From contig OX597817.1 in NCBI GenBank assembly GCA_951406725.2, forward strand, positions 36,642,001-36,706,000: 64,000 bases of DNA, written 5' to 3'. This DNA is from Octopus vulgaris (lineage: Eukaryota). Of this stretch, positions 24,980-38,988 are shown one piece after another; the first letter of the stretch is position 1, and each line of letters opens with the position of its first letter. A program made the position numbers and the translations under genes. The notes below the pieces were generated by a model. The model searched no databases and was not told the origin of the DNA. It saw nothing but the letters and a program-made list of their open reading frames with translations.

Positions 24980-26085
24980 TGAAATACAGAGGTCAGGCAG
25001 TAGTGGCCAATGGAGCCATTTCAAAGAAAACACAGATAGTAAGTAGTGTTTCACAGGGCACTGTCTTGGGATCGCTGCTTTTCATAGTGGCCCTCTCATA
25101 TATGCCCTCAGCTTCCCGGTAACCACCCTTGTAAGCTATGCAGACGATACGAAAGTCTCGCAGAAAATACAGAACTCCAGCGATGTTGCACACCTCAGTT
25201 TACGGATGCGCTTTGGATAATAATATGCAGTTTAATGCTGAAAAATTCCAAGCCCTGCGCTACCAGCGTTCAAAACTGAATATAAAACTTACAGAGTACA
25301 CTGGCCCACGGGGGATTACAATCCAAGAGCCTAAATCAATGCGGGACGTGGATATCTAGCTCTTTCCAAGTGCAGTGCAGATTACCAGGATAGCGACAAA
25401 GTGCAGACGACTGGTTGGCTGGATCCTGAGATCGTTCAGAACCCGAGAGAAGGAAACCATGATGGTCCTCTAGAGGACATTCGTCCTCAGCCGCCTGGAT
25501 TATTGCTCCCAGGCGGGTCTTGAAGCAATCCATTAACAGCGGATCTTGAAGCAATCCAGCGAAGCTTCACAAAGAAGATTGTCCCATTGCCACAGTTCAG
25601 CTGCTGGGATAGGCTGAAAGAGCTAAGACTTTACTCCCTGGAGCGAAGGCGGGAGAGATATGCAGTAATATACGTCTAGAAGATCCTGGAAGGGATTCAC
25701 CAAATGTTGGCATTGAAAGATACACAAACGCCAGAGCGGGTTACCACTGTACAAAGCCAAAGATCCCAGCAATGCCATCATGCTCCAGAACCAGTTACTG
25801 AACAGCCTGGGTTTCAGGGGCCAACAGCTTTTTTATAATCTCCCAAAGTATCTGGGGGACCTACACAAAGTGGATGTAGGTGTTTTCAGATCAAAACTGG
25901 ATCTCTTTCTGTCGAGAACCCCAGATGTACCTACCTCACGGCAGGAGATGTAAAAGAGGGTAGCGACATCAAACTCCCTTCTTCACCAAATGCCACATAT
26001 TACAGGAGGCTCTCAATAATAACAGCGCAACAAAACGGTGGTGCAGCAGCATGGCCACAGTTCTGAGCTGAAACTGACAAAAAAC
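24980..26085 (+). mobile_element. CR1/L2-group LINE 3' portion (RT pseudogene plus 3' UTR)
   Basis: VSSVSQGTVLGSLLF, SYADDTK, NNMQFNAEKFQ, LSRLDYCS, LEAIQRSFTK, RLKELRLYSLERRRER, with stops and frameshifts. Confidence 0.9.
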
Positions 26086-26086
26086 T

Positions 26087-26135
<49 letters not shown>

Positions 26136-26358
26136 CATATGAAAGCATGAATAGGAATATATATTTATTTATTCATGAATATATGATATGGCAATACAGT
26201 TGTCATCTAAATTTACACAACTAGAGTGACCTGCAGCAAGTTGCATAATGTAAAGTTTTACTTTAAATGACATGCATATATGAATGCCTATAACGTAAAG
26301 CTAACGATATATGATAAGCACGTACATCCATAAATACACACACGCGCGCACATATATA

Positions 26359-26393
<35 letters not shown>

Positions 26394-26722
26394 GCATATA
26401 TTTTAGCTAACTTACTTAGAAGTCATTAACTGATTGAAGAGGTATTTTATTTTGTAAAGCAGACAACACTTTGGGAAAATTAGAACTTCTACATGTGCAT
26501 ATTTTGGGGACGACCGCTGTTCGCTTATAATGCATGTAATGTATAAGTCAATCTATTCTGCACAGTTTTCCAGAAACTATTTTTCAAGATTGACACCGTG
26601 ACACCTTACAAGACAGTTAAATGCCCAGGGTACTGTAGTTGCAAATCTACAGTTATAAGTCATAATATATATGCAGGCACTTCAAGTTATTATTCGTGTG
26701 CGTGTATATATATATATTCAGA

Positions 26723-26875
<153 letters not shown>

Positions 26876-27759
26876 TACCCTCTCTCTATATAAATGCATA
26901 TATATATATATAAATATATTAGGATGTATATGATACACTCATATATATACATATATAAGTATATAAATATGTCATTATATATATATATTTCTACAAATAC
27001 ATACACACACAAACACACACACACACACATTCACATTTATATATACTATGCTCCATCAGTGTGAATAAAAAACGTGCATGCGATGTTTATAAGGTACATC
27101 GATTTTGGTTGTTATATATATATCTCTTAGCCTATCAATTTCGTCAATGCTTGCAGAAAACTAATCTTTACATAGTAATTATTGCTTAAATATTTTGTCT
27201 TGGAGCCTGATCACTTTGACGGGAAGTGTGAAAAATATACTGTAGTTATAGCACTAACTTTGGAAGCTTAGTAATAAGAGACCATAAATATTACGGAATT
27301 CTGTGCGAGAATGTACGGTTTGATAGAAAACTGATTTCATCGAAATTTATTACACACACTGCTCCTGAGTATAATGTTATATGATGTTATATATTCATGA
27401 CTAGGAAAAAGTGAATTATTTATTTTATAAATAGTTGGGCGAAATCTTTTTCATGCAATTTACTTAAGAGTTGATAAGATATATTACTGTCTCACAGACA
27501 AGAGTAAGATTAATGTGTCTATGAATGTATATATATATTTATGTATGTATGTATGTATGTATGTATGTATGTATGTATGTATGTATAAGAAAATATATAC
27601 ATAGATTTTGGGGAACTGGTATTTGGTAATCTTGTATAAAAAATTTGTGCACGGGGAATCATAGCGGCAGAATTAAAGTGAATCAATGCAGCTAGTCGTT
27701 TCAAAACATAAGGAAGTGCATTGGGAGTAATTTTCTTTTGATATTGCCTAGTCATAAGA

Positions 27760-27872
27760 CGGCGAACTGACCGAAACATTAGCAGGCCGGGTAAAATGAT
27801 TTGCGGCATTTTGTAGGATTTTACGTTCTAAGTTCAAATTCCGCCGTAGTCGATTTTGCCGTTCATTCTTCC
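27760..27872 (+). mobile_element. SINE family B, degenerate head
   Basis: cggcgaactgaccgaaacattagc...gttcaaattccgccg..gtcgattttgcc. Confidence 0.7.
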
Positions 27873-28789
27873 GGATTCAAGCGTAACTAACTGAACCTTC
27901 TGTATTTTCTTTTACCCAAAACCAGAAACTTTTCAGCAGTCCCTTGTATGTCTGTGCTGTAACGTAACGAACAGATTTCACTCATGGAGACTCGGTCCTG
28001 GTATCGGGTTAAGTTTTATACATATTCTCCAACTTTGGGTTTACTTGAATTTCAGTACGGCGGTGAGTTTACATCCTGGTCTAACACACCGTCTGTTTCG
28101 AGAGCCGTTTCCTAGTCGAGGAGCTAACTGTCTGCTCTGTTTGTTTCTTTGACTCCCTATTGTTATATATGTATTTGTGAGCATCGGTGTTCTCCCTTCA
28201 ATGAGATATTACTATTCTTTTCGTTCAGTCGGTATATTATTCGTTTTTGCTTTTCAGTAACATATAGCTGTTGATCAAATACCTATGCTGAAATGCATTC
28301 CACACATAACCATTCCATATTTTACTTCAGATAATGTGCATCTAACACTACTTTATATAATGGATACTTCACTTTTTCTGATGGTAGGTACCATTTTGAA
28401 GAACATATACTATTTGAAGAACATATACTAAATGCGTATAAGTATTAAGTGCATATATATGAAACACGAGTGCGTGTTTGTGTGTAAATAATCATAGCAC
28501 ATATTTTTACGAGTTACATGTACTTCAGTTTTGCAATTATACCTGGCTGCAATAAACCCCTTACAAAGCACGTTTAGTTGTGACAGCTGCTCTCAAAATA
28601 AAGTTTCCCTTTAGAAAATCAACAAGGAGTGAAATTTTATTGAATTTATATAAATCAAAATCAATTAAATATGATGTCGTCTGAACGACATATACGAATA
28701 TACATAATTAAATGTGTATTTCTGTGTTAGTGATACTGTGTAGGGAATTTAAAACTGGCGAGTGGAATCGACTAATGTTTAGCTTTACC

Positions 28790-29106
28790 ATTGTTGCTTG
28801 TTCCTTCTCGAGCCACGTCTGGCTCACAAGGGCCAGTTTCCCGGTTTCCTTGGCGTATAGGTTCCCCACCTGGAAGGGACGCCGGTCCGTCGCAGGTGAG
28901 CTGCAAGATGCAGGAGGAAAGAGTGAGAGAAAGTTGTGGCGAAAGAGCCAGCAGAAGTTCGTCATTACCTTCTGCTGGAGCCGCGTGTAGCTTAGGCGAT
29001 GTGTGTGTTTCACTCATAAACACACACATCACCCGGTCTGAGATTCGAACCCGCGATCGCTTGACCGCGAGTCCGCTGCTCTAACCACTAGGCCATGTGC
29101 CTCCAC
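28790..29106 (-). mobile_element. tRNA-derived SINE family C with V-domain-like 3' half
   Basis: Reverse complement has head gtggaggcacatggcctagtggttagagc...ggttcgaatctc and later cctgcgacggaccggcgtcccttccagg (resembles the V-SINE domain). Confidence 0.8.
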
Positions 29107-29760
29107 TATCTTTACCCTAACTCTTCTTAATTTCTTATTAGCAGTCGACGAGCGAGCCGGAGAGTTTGCGCGTCAGAAATGCATGTGCTACATTATTTGC
29201 TGCCAGTCAGTCTTTAAGCCGCCGAATTCAACCGTGCCATTCCTCATTTTTGGATCGAGTCAGTAACTAGGTCGATGTTATCATCAAAACTCTCTCCAAA
29301 TTCCAGATCTTTTTCCTACGACTGAAACAATTATCTACTAAATACTTGTACCTCAACAAATTTTAGCAAACGATATAGCTTTCATTGAACACCTAGTTTT
29401 ATGAATGTTTATTATCATAATGCAGTTTGGAGTTTGTAGGATTCAGAAGACTACTAAATCGACCCAACTGCATGAATAAGTACTGTTATAAACTCTAGTA
29501 AATATGTAGAGTGTGAAACTTGAACACAGAATTTGAATGGACGTAATTAAATGCAACAAGGAATTTTGTCCAAAGCTACAACGAATTTGCTAATCACAGA
29601 TAATGCATACCAGATAATGGATACATAATATATAAATACATATATGCATACTTACATACATACGTACGCACGTACGTACACACGCACACGTACACATATG
29701 TATATTTATACAATATACATCTTATATAGATAGATATCGGGGCGGGGTATGTATGCATGT

Positions 29761-29810
<50 letters not shown>

Positions 29811-31565
29811 ATATATATAGAGAGATAGGTAGATAGGTAGATAAATAGATAGACAGATAGATATATAGACAGATAGGTATATAGATAGATGGATATAGAT
29901 TGATAGTTATATATGTGTTATATATGTACATGTATTCAAAGTAACTGATTAATCAAATGAATAGAGTAATACGGTAGGTTCTCATATTTACCATTTTAAG
30001 AGGTGGAATAACGTCGATCAGTTGAGATTATAAATGTAATCAGTACACACCTGGGAATGTTTAATGTTTACAAACAACATCCAAGAGTCATAAAACCTAA
30101 TAATTTTTACACTATATATGTAGTTGTATATATATTGTATGCAGAATACGTCTCTGAGGTACGTGATTTCGGCCATATTGTTGGCTTCTTAACCGCATTG
30201 GTATATAGTGATTCCGTAATGTCCGAAGCAGTATTATTTAATGCCTGAGGCGATTACATGAGGTTAGCGGAGTTGTACATTTGTTAAGGTTTGAATGTGT
30301 GCGTGCGTGTGCATATTTATGCTCGGGTATTTATGTGCACATGTGCACATGCATGCATAGATAAGTATGTATACGTATATATTTGTGTGTATTTCACTAA
30401 TCTTGAAGAGTAGCACTTTGTTGCATAGTATTAATTGAAATGTCTATTATTTCTTTCCTTCCACAGTACTTTGTTTTAGCTCGGTAATAATTTTAATCTT
30501 TATTACTCTCTCACCGCCCTAATTGCTAATGAATCTGATCCAATTACTTCGGTAGATCTACTTAATTGTTTTAAAAAGAAAACCTCTACATTTGGTGGTA
30601 AATAATAAGTTACTTGTAGCTTAAATAGCATGCTTACTCTTAACCCACAGGGCAAGCCTTGCGGAGCCAGCCTATGATGAAAGCGTTCTTTCCATCACCA
30701 CCTCGCCCGATTCTCTAAAATCTATTTATGACTACGTTGTCAAATTCATCTTTAATGTTTAAAACGGTAATGTGAAAGTATGAGGTGATGTGGGTATATA
30801 TTGTTGCAGGTTCGTCGACCTCTCGTGGTTTCGTTCACATTAACTAGTAATTTAGCATGTTCTTTACTAACTTTAAAGAAAAGCTGAGAACATCTGATAC
30901 CATAAATTTTCTTTAATAAATAGATCATTTATCAAATTTACGTATTATAGGGAATATAATACAATCTTCAGAGTGATTACTACGCAATCTTTTCTAGATA
31001 TTAACAAGTTTAGAAGATAATAAATATATATAGTGCACGCATTTTCTTCAAAGTGCTGTGGTGAATTATTACTTTGAAAAAATAGATCGATGATTAACAT
31101 TAATATATCTTTACTAGACTTTTGAGTTATGGTTAAAATATCTTGAGATCAGGTATGTACTGAATCTTTAATTTGTGAAATTTTAAGACACTCATAGGCC
31201 TGTGAGTTCAGGTTAGAGCAATGTGGCTACACATGCATTGACGTGTACTTAAAATGATAGATCTATCATTAACTTGCACAGCTAGCATCTTTTCTTTTAC
31301 CATACAAAAAATTAACAAATCGCTTTTGTGACATGTGGTAGACAGATACCTCACAGTAGCCGATCCGTAGGGCAGTTTTTATTTCGAGTGACTAGAATTT
31401 ATCCATCGTGCGATGTAACGCTTACCGTTGACTGTTATATGCATTTAGCGAAGGAATACACACAATCGCAAACATTTCGTGTAGGTTTCATACTAACGAC
31501 AATTTCATTCCTCGGAATCGTAGCCATTTAAAAAAGCATGGAAGCTGCCTTTTCTCTTCTGATTA

Positions 31566-31618
<53 letters not shown>

Positions 31619-34054
31619 TACAGCTACGATAGTTTATCTGCAGAAGGCTGACTTTATTTGCTACACACTAATGACATGAAGGTTTTTGTGAGAAAGCTGC
31701 AATAGATTACTGAATATTTCTATTTTCGTTCTATAATTTGTAAGCTGGCGTCACTTTTATATGTAACTAGTTAGATAGTTTTCGTCTATTCCCCAAACCT
31801 CCCCATAGCAACAATACTTAGAGAAGTAATATTGCATTTTTCTGATAAATGTAATTCTTTGAAATATCGTGCTGCATCTTTGCATTTTCCGCATGTCTTC
31901 AATGCATTCTTTGAAGAAAAAGTCGATATAGGTTTTACGGATTGCTTGATAGAATCCACACACTTGGATTACATAACATTATTGATCCTTTTTATCCCCT
32001 AAGAATCCTATTTTGCTTTCAAAGTTGGAATGCATGTTTATTAATGCATAGATGAAGTTACTTTCGTGCAGCACATGTTGCAATTTCATATTATGCTTTA
32101 TATACAGAATTTCCTCAACAGAAGCTGTCAGTTTTCATTTTTCTCGTATATTATTTCGTAAACGTAGCAATTCGTTTAATGATACTATATTATAGAATAA
32201 AGTTTTGTAAGACTTCGTTTGTCAGCATTTTATATCTTGGAATTCTTCTTAATTCGATATAATTTCAATGTAATCATCTTCACAACCTATTTAATGCTGC
32301 TCTTTAAAAATTTTTCGCTTGTAAAAGGCAAAACCATGACCACTTGTTATGCGTTTTCTTTTTCCAGAGAAAGTGATTTGGTTTCCTTCTCAATGTATAG
32401 AATCTGTCTATATGGAAAATATGTATGAAGAGAAAAATTATATTGATCAATAATTTAACCATGTGTAGCGAAGATACTTATATGTTAATATTGGCTCAAG
32501 AAGAAAGGTTTTATGATTCAGTTTATGAATATTTTTAATTTGACCATTTGTCACCATTGAACAAATCTTCTGCTATTACTCTGTTTTGTTCACTGATCTA
32601 GAAAGGAGAGTTTGTGTTAGTATTCTCATGCTAACACCGGTGGAATTACTGTGACGTTCAATTAGATGTTTTAAAGTATTGGCAATCAGACGCCAGATAT
32701 AATAAATCAAATACAATGCATTTTTCAAATCCAAAGTATACAGAAACAAGCAAGGAAAGTGAGTGCTGGCTCAGGAAATGTACAGAATAAGATTTTAAAG
32801 ATTGAAGAACGTGTAACTTTATGGATGTATATATGTGAGTGAGTCAATGTTTTCATTTCAGTATCTGCATTGGTAGCAAAGATTGTGTCAAGTAAAAATA
32901 AAGACTAATGTGTAATTTATTTCTTGTTAGTGAAAGCAGCATAAACGAAATAGAACTATTTCTAGGTTAATTAGAAAGGATAACTTTATAATGATGACAA
33001 ATTTTGATATTGTGTATGAGTTATTATTATTATTAATATGAACATGGCAATTTAGAACCGAAAATTGTTATATTAACTGTTAAAAGTGGCAATTATAAGA
33101 TATACAGACGACTGAAAATAAACTGACACAATACACAGAGTATTCTAAAATATAATCATGGGAAAAGCAATATAACACTAGGTGTAATTTGAATTGAGTC
33201 CCGTTCTATATTTTGTGAATGGTATGATGAAATTTTATAGGAAAACTTTTTTTTGAGAATTGACAACGAATAATGATATCATCTTAAGTGTCTTCTACAT
33301 TAGCTTTCCAAATTATTTTTTGGTGTGTGTGTGATAAAAATAAAACTAGTGTCAAATCGGTATCAGTTTCATTACTTAATATCGAGTGGAAAATATATAG
33401 AAAGATAAACAAACATATAGGAGATAGAGGAAGAGGTAGAAGAGTCAAAAATATACAGAAAAAATTAATGGTACTATTTTGCATATTTGAGAGAGAAAGA
33501 GAGACAGGGGAAGAGAGTGTGGAAGATACAGCGATAACACTTGGAGGTAATTTATCAAGATTATAAAATAAAATGGAAGAATATTATAATTTACGAAAGT
33601 CATAATATAATGTAATGAAGTTTTTTATAGATAATATAATAAAACAAAAGAGGAATAAATTTATCCTGAAAAATGTTTCATCATAAAAAATAAATAGCAA
33701 TAATGAAAAATGCGGTATCACTATTTCTATAATAAATATTTGAAAAACTGTTAATACTAAAACTAATCACTGCAGTGAAAAAACTATAGAAAAGGAGAAT
33801 AAGAAAGAAAAGAAGCAGAATAGAAATGAAGACGACATCAATATTAGAATGACAACAACATTAAAGAAAATGACAAAAACAACATCAAAGACACACATCA
33901 CCACAATCATCAGCAACAACTAACGCGTGGGTGTGGACTCGCTAAGTTATTAAGAATTGCGATCTTGTTAATACAAGTAAGATTTGATATTTTCAAAATT
34001 ATGTACTGAATGATATATTGGTTTAAATTTTAGCACCAGCGATATCAGAGGAAG

Positions 34055-34207
34055 GGGTAAGTCGATTAGATTGATCCCAGTGCTCAACTGTTACCTATTT
34101 TATAGGCCCCTCAAGCGATGAAAAGCAAAATCGACTGCGGCGGAATATGAACTCAAACGTTAAGCATTTTGGCCGGCGTGGTAACGATTCTTCCAACTCG
34201 CTGCCTT
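34055..34207 (-). mobile_element. SINE family B, degenerate
   Basis: Similar to the reverse complement of the 7422 copy. Confidence 0.65.
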
Positions 34208-34225
34208 CTCGCAGGCCGAGTAATA

Positions 34226-35311
34226 TCTCTATATATAAAGCTCAACTTGTGTGTCTGTGTGTGTATCTGTGAGTGTGTCCGTGTGTTTAACTTCCCGGCA
34301 CATCTCCACCTAGCCAACAAATCGTAGAACCACCAAAAATGGGTCACTTCAAGTTTAGGCGAATGAAAATTGAACTGCGCTATTTCTGTTCCGAAATTCA
34401 TCTCGCAAGTGCAAAAATCGATAATGTGTTTGTTTAGGCCTTATCCCATGCATTGAATAGTGAACTTTACTCAGTGAGCTGGTTGACGTGAACTGTGTTC
34501 ACCACGCGTGCAAGCATGCGTAAATTGCATGAAAAAAAAAATCAAGATATAAAAACGAATCGCCGTAAACCTTGTAGAAATTCGGCAAAGAAATGAATTT
34601 TCGGGATGTAGCCTGGATGGTTTTTTCGTATTAATCGTTTGGACTTTGTGAAGACATACCAATTGTTTTCATAACATTTTTAACGCTTTCAATTAAATGT
34701 CACTATTTTGCGTTGAGTCTGCAGTTTGAATCACTTTAACCAAACTTTAGCATGCCGGATTTTTGATCATCACGATACATCGCCAGCGGCTCCCTGAAAC
34801 TCTCCCCTGAAATCCCCGTTGAGAAATCTATATATATAAAACTCAACTTGTGTGTCTGTGTGTTTAACTTTCGGATCTACCAAGTTTCATTATTAAGGAT
34901 GGAAAGTAGTGTGTAGCAAATCTATATATATAAAGCTGAAGTTGTCTGTACGTGGCAGGTTTGGTAGCCTTCAACTAACACTATCTCCTTCGAGACCCTG
35001 CAGCGAAAGTTGACCTAAATTGAGAGTATGATAGAAGAAGGCTTGCTCTTCATTCTGTAGCAGATAAAATTCAAATCGAACCATGTTAACACCAAAAACT
35101 ATTTACATCAAAAAGGTGCTTTTTTCTATGAAAATCCCTATTTTTTTACGATTTTTGACTGCTGTGTCGCCATTTTCGGTGTATTTCAACTGGAAAAATG
35201 TTCACTTGAAGAGAATAACAAGTTGCATAATGCAAAATTTTTACTTTTCAAAAATTCCATTTCTAAAGGAGGGTCGAAACAAACCCAAGCAATATCGGGT
35301 GATACTGCTAG
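34226..35311 (+). mobile_element. Composite non-autonomous Helitron (three 5' ends, one 3' end)
   Basis: 5' TC(TC)TATATATAAA termini preceded by A at 34226, 34827 and 34921; 3' hairpin accc...gggt, then CTAG (35308-35311) followed by T. Confidence 0.75.
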
Positions 35312-35404
35312 TATTAATATATATGTGAATGTGCAAATATATGTGTTAGAATAGATATGTAGACGCATGTGCATAAATATACATATACATATAAACGTGT
35401 TTAT

Positions 35405-35660
35405 GTATCACTGTGGTATAAATAGTGTGGACCATGACATAATATCACAAACTGCGAAAACTTTGTGAGTAGCTATATGACGACCTACAAGATAGAAGTC
35501 TGACAGCTGCAGCCAATGGTACTTTCTCTAAGGAAGCACAAATTATGAGTGGTGTCCCTTAACCAACTGTCTTGGGGACATCACTGCTTATAGCTGTTCC
35601 CATGGTCACTCAGGAACCAAAATGATAAGCCGATGATACAAAAGTGTCACAGGCAATATA
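35405..35660 (+). mobile_element. CR1-like LINE RT fragment, older relative of the 24980 element
   Basis: ANGTFSKEAQIMSGVP*PTVLG...ADDTKVSQ. Confidence 0.7.
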
Positions 35661-35829
35661 TAAATACATACATACGTATGTATGTATGTATGTATGTATG
35701 TATGTATGTATGTATGTATGTATGTATGTATATATATATATATATATATAAATAAATATATATATATAAATATAAGTATATATATATATATATATATATA
35801 GATAGATATATATATATATAAATAAATAA

Positions 35830-35867
<38 letters not shown>

Positions 35868-36122
35868 AAATAACGGGTGTAATGCAATTCTAAGACATCG
35901 AAATATACCATGTAACAGATTACGTAGCTGAGAGAGATTTGTTCCATTCATTATTCAATAGAGACAGGTTTTTATAAAGAACTACAGATTTTGAGGATTT
36001 CTAGAGATGAGTCACCTTTCATTTATCTTATTTTGTTGAGTGAAGTGAAGACAATAAATACGATCAAACGACGTCTTGAGCCTAATGAATAATTCTGATT
36101 GATTTTAAATTCTAATCAAATA

Positions 36123-36300
36123 TACAGGGTGTTCCAGAAGTCTTGGGCACATTTCAAGTCCTCATATCTGCTGGACTATTATTGATAATGCGATGCATCT
36201 GGTACCACTTTAAAGCTAAATTCATTAAGATGTTTTGTAATGCTAATGATTTTTTCGTATTTTTTCAAATCCAGTAATGGCGTTCACTCAACCAGAAATT
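36123..36300 (+). mobile_element. Tc1/mariner 5' end fragment
   Basis: Starts TA-cagggtgttccagaagtc, a typical TIR start; no partner TIR seen. Confidence 0.4.
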
Positions 36301-36304
36301 TTAA

Positions 36305-37130
36305 GTCATGCCAACCAGCATAAAACGTAATATTCCACATTGTCTGGTCAAGAAAATTTGTACCATTGTCGACGATCTAGAAGTCAGGAAAAATGACTCA
36401 CAACAACCAAGAGATTTGTATTCAAATAAAGATACTCACCCTCATTTAAAGAAAATGACACTTAACGGGGGGAAAACAATTAATTGTAGAACAGTATATA
36501 ACGACTCAAGAAAGAGGCACACAAGACCAGAATAGTTTACCTTCTATAGTAACACACAGCCAATATATATCAAAACATTTTCTTCGTCGCTAAATAAATC
36601 TTGCATATCATTATCAGTAACAAACTAAAAGATTTAATTAAGGATTGTACAATTATTCAAAGTAAAAGTCAACTAAAACACCTGAGACAGTTATTAACAA
36701 AGGAAAAGTTTGAACAAAAAAACAACGGCAAAATATTCATAGGATGCAAATGCAATGAGAATCAACATAATGCAGCTCACTTTGTACATAAAAGGTAGTG
36801 AATTAACACAAAACCAGGTGAAGAACGTTTATCAATGCAAATAAGAAATGTAAAAGTAGAGATTTTATCAACCGCTTCAAATGTCTGAATCCTGAAGAAG
36901 TATATATCGGGTAGACAGAATATTCCTTATCACAACCCATTGGAGTACACTGACAGCAGATTGGGAACCGTAATGTCAGTCAGATCCCATTCAGCAATCA
37001 TTTAACAAAATGCAGCAGGACAATGTTTTAATATTTCAGTTTTATAATCTTAACGATTCATGTGAGTTGGGAGAAAAGTAATACAGAGAATTCTATAGAG
37101 AAGCCTAAATCCGTCCTGAGTAGAAAATAA
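36305..37130 (+). mobile_element. Decayed second Penelope-like element (RT thumb plus GIY-YIG)
   Basis: PTSIKRNIPHCLVKKICTIV aligns to PIHTNTNIPFNLAKRVCTIV of the first element; IIQSKSQLKHLRQLLT aligns to ILKCKRQHKSLKKLLT; also YIG*T and SQIPFSNHLTKC. Confidence 0.8.
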
Positions 37131-37850
37131 TATGAAACAGGGTAACGTTATCAATGCGAATCTAAATTCACCTCTGCTGAAAAATCTTGTGGTAATATTG
37201 ACCGCATTATCAATTCCAAGTTGCACTTCATTTCATTAAAATTTTTTTTAGACGGCGCAACAGATGTCTTTCAACGTCTGATTGTGACCGAATCCTCTAT
37301 TGGCTAAATTCTTTATCGGTTATTGGCTAAAATGTTCCTATGAATAAACGTTCGCAATGTTTACACTATCACCGCAAACATCAAATCTTAACTCCTTATG
37401 CACTCGCTAATAAATTAAAATACTTGCGTAAGCTTTTGCATGCTGCAACCTAACGGAAGCTATTTCAAAGTAATTTTGCTACAGCTGTTAATTGTGAAGC
37501 ACATTCAGTGCCTGTTAATATTGTTAGTATATAAAACCACGAAGATCGTTAAAAATCATGAAAGTACTTGTAATATTGTAACATTACTATATTGTAAAGT
37601 TCTAAAATTACGAAGCAAAATGCTAACGCAGGATTATTTTGTCACTTGATTGGCTAAGATATGTATGTGTGTGTGTTTCAGTGTGTGTGTGTATTCCTGT
37701 GAATCATATATGCATACATATAATTTTTTATATATACACATATACATATGCAAATTTAAATATATACATACGTATATCAGTAACTGTAAGTATATAAATA
37801 TTAGTAACTATATGTATATATGTATTTAGGCATACACACACGCATACACA

Positions 37851-37894
<44 letters not shown>

Positions 37895-38068
37895 GGGGTG
37901 TATATGTGTGTGTATGCCTAAATACATATATACATATAATTTTTTATATATACACATATACACATGCAAATATAAATATATACATACGTATATCAGTAAC
38001 TGTAAGTATATATATATTAGTAACTATATGTATATATGTATTTAGGCATACACACACATATACACCCC

Positions 38069-38105
<37 letters not shown>

Positions 38106-38516
38106 CGTACACACACGCATACACACACACAGAGAAGTACACACATACACACAGACATATATAAAGTGAGCCCTATGAATATGGGACAGAAAAAGAAAAA
38201 AGTTGATGCCTCCCAAATGAAATCTCTTGATATATTAAAACTCTGCTAAGTTACTGACAATGCAATTTCATTTCAACGTCAGAAATATAATAAACCAGTG
38301 ATCTGTAGCAAACCTACAAACAACGATGTTTTTCCCCACTTACCTTCAATGCAGATTAAACAAACAAATAAATATAACATGGACTGCTGTATTCTTAACT
38401 GCACCTAGGAAGTTTATCTGGCAGAACTCCAATTTTCAGTTTTCTACTACGGTTCGCTATTTACTAATGCCCTTCTAATTATACCGAATACTCTTGTCGA
38501 CATTTTTCACCCAATG

Positions 38517-38570
<54 letters not shown>

Positions 38571-38792
38571 AACACACCGCTGCACACAGATACATATATA
38601 GTCAGACATTATTAATATCAATGCTGTGAATGACATTTTATGATGTAATCGCTGCGTTTTTGAAAATTACCTATTTACAATTTTTTTAATGATTATGCTT
38701 TATATATAATTTTATGAGCCAGTTTACTTGTCGAGTATGACATATTTTATATTACCTTGCTTTCAATGCTCTCTGCTCAAATGATTAAAATA

Positions 38793-38795
<3 letters not shown>

Positions 38796-38879
<84 letters not shown>

Positions 38880-38988
38880 CATTATTGTTGTTGTTGTTGT
38901 TGTTATTATTGCTATTGTTGTTGATGTTGTTGTTATTATTGCTATTGTTGTTGACGTTGTTGTTGTTGTTATTGTTGCTGTTGTTGTT
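38796..38988. repeat. (ATT)n-(GTT)n compound microsatellite
   Basis: Directly visible; abuts the 3' end of the R4/Dong-type fragment. Confidence 0.95.

Noticed and set aside
32668-32765. Possible short exon ending at a GTGAGT donor (…LKYWQSDARY…ETSKE)
   Set aside because: Weak acceptor, no recognisable homology and no partner exons; needs RNA-seq.
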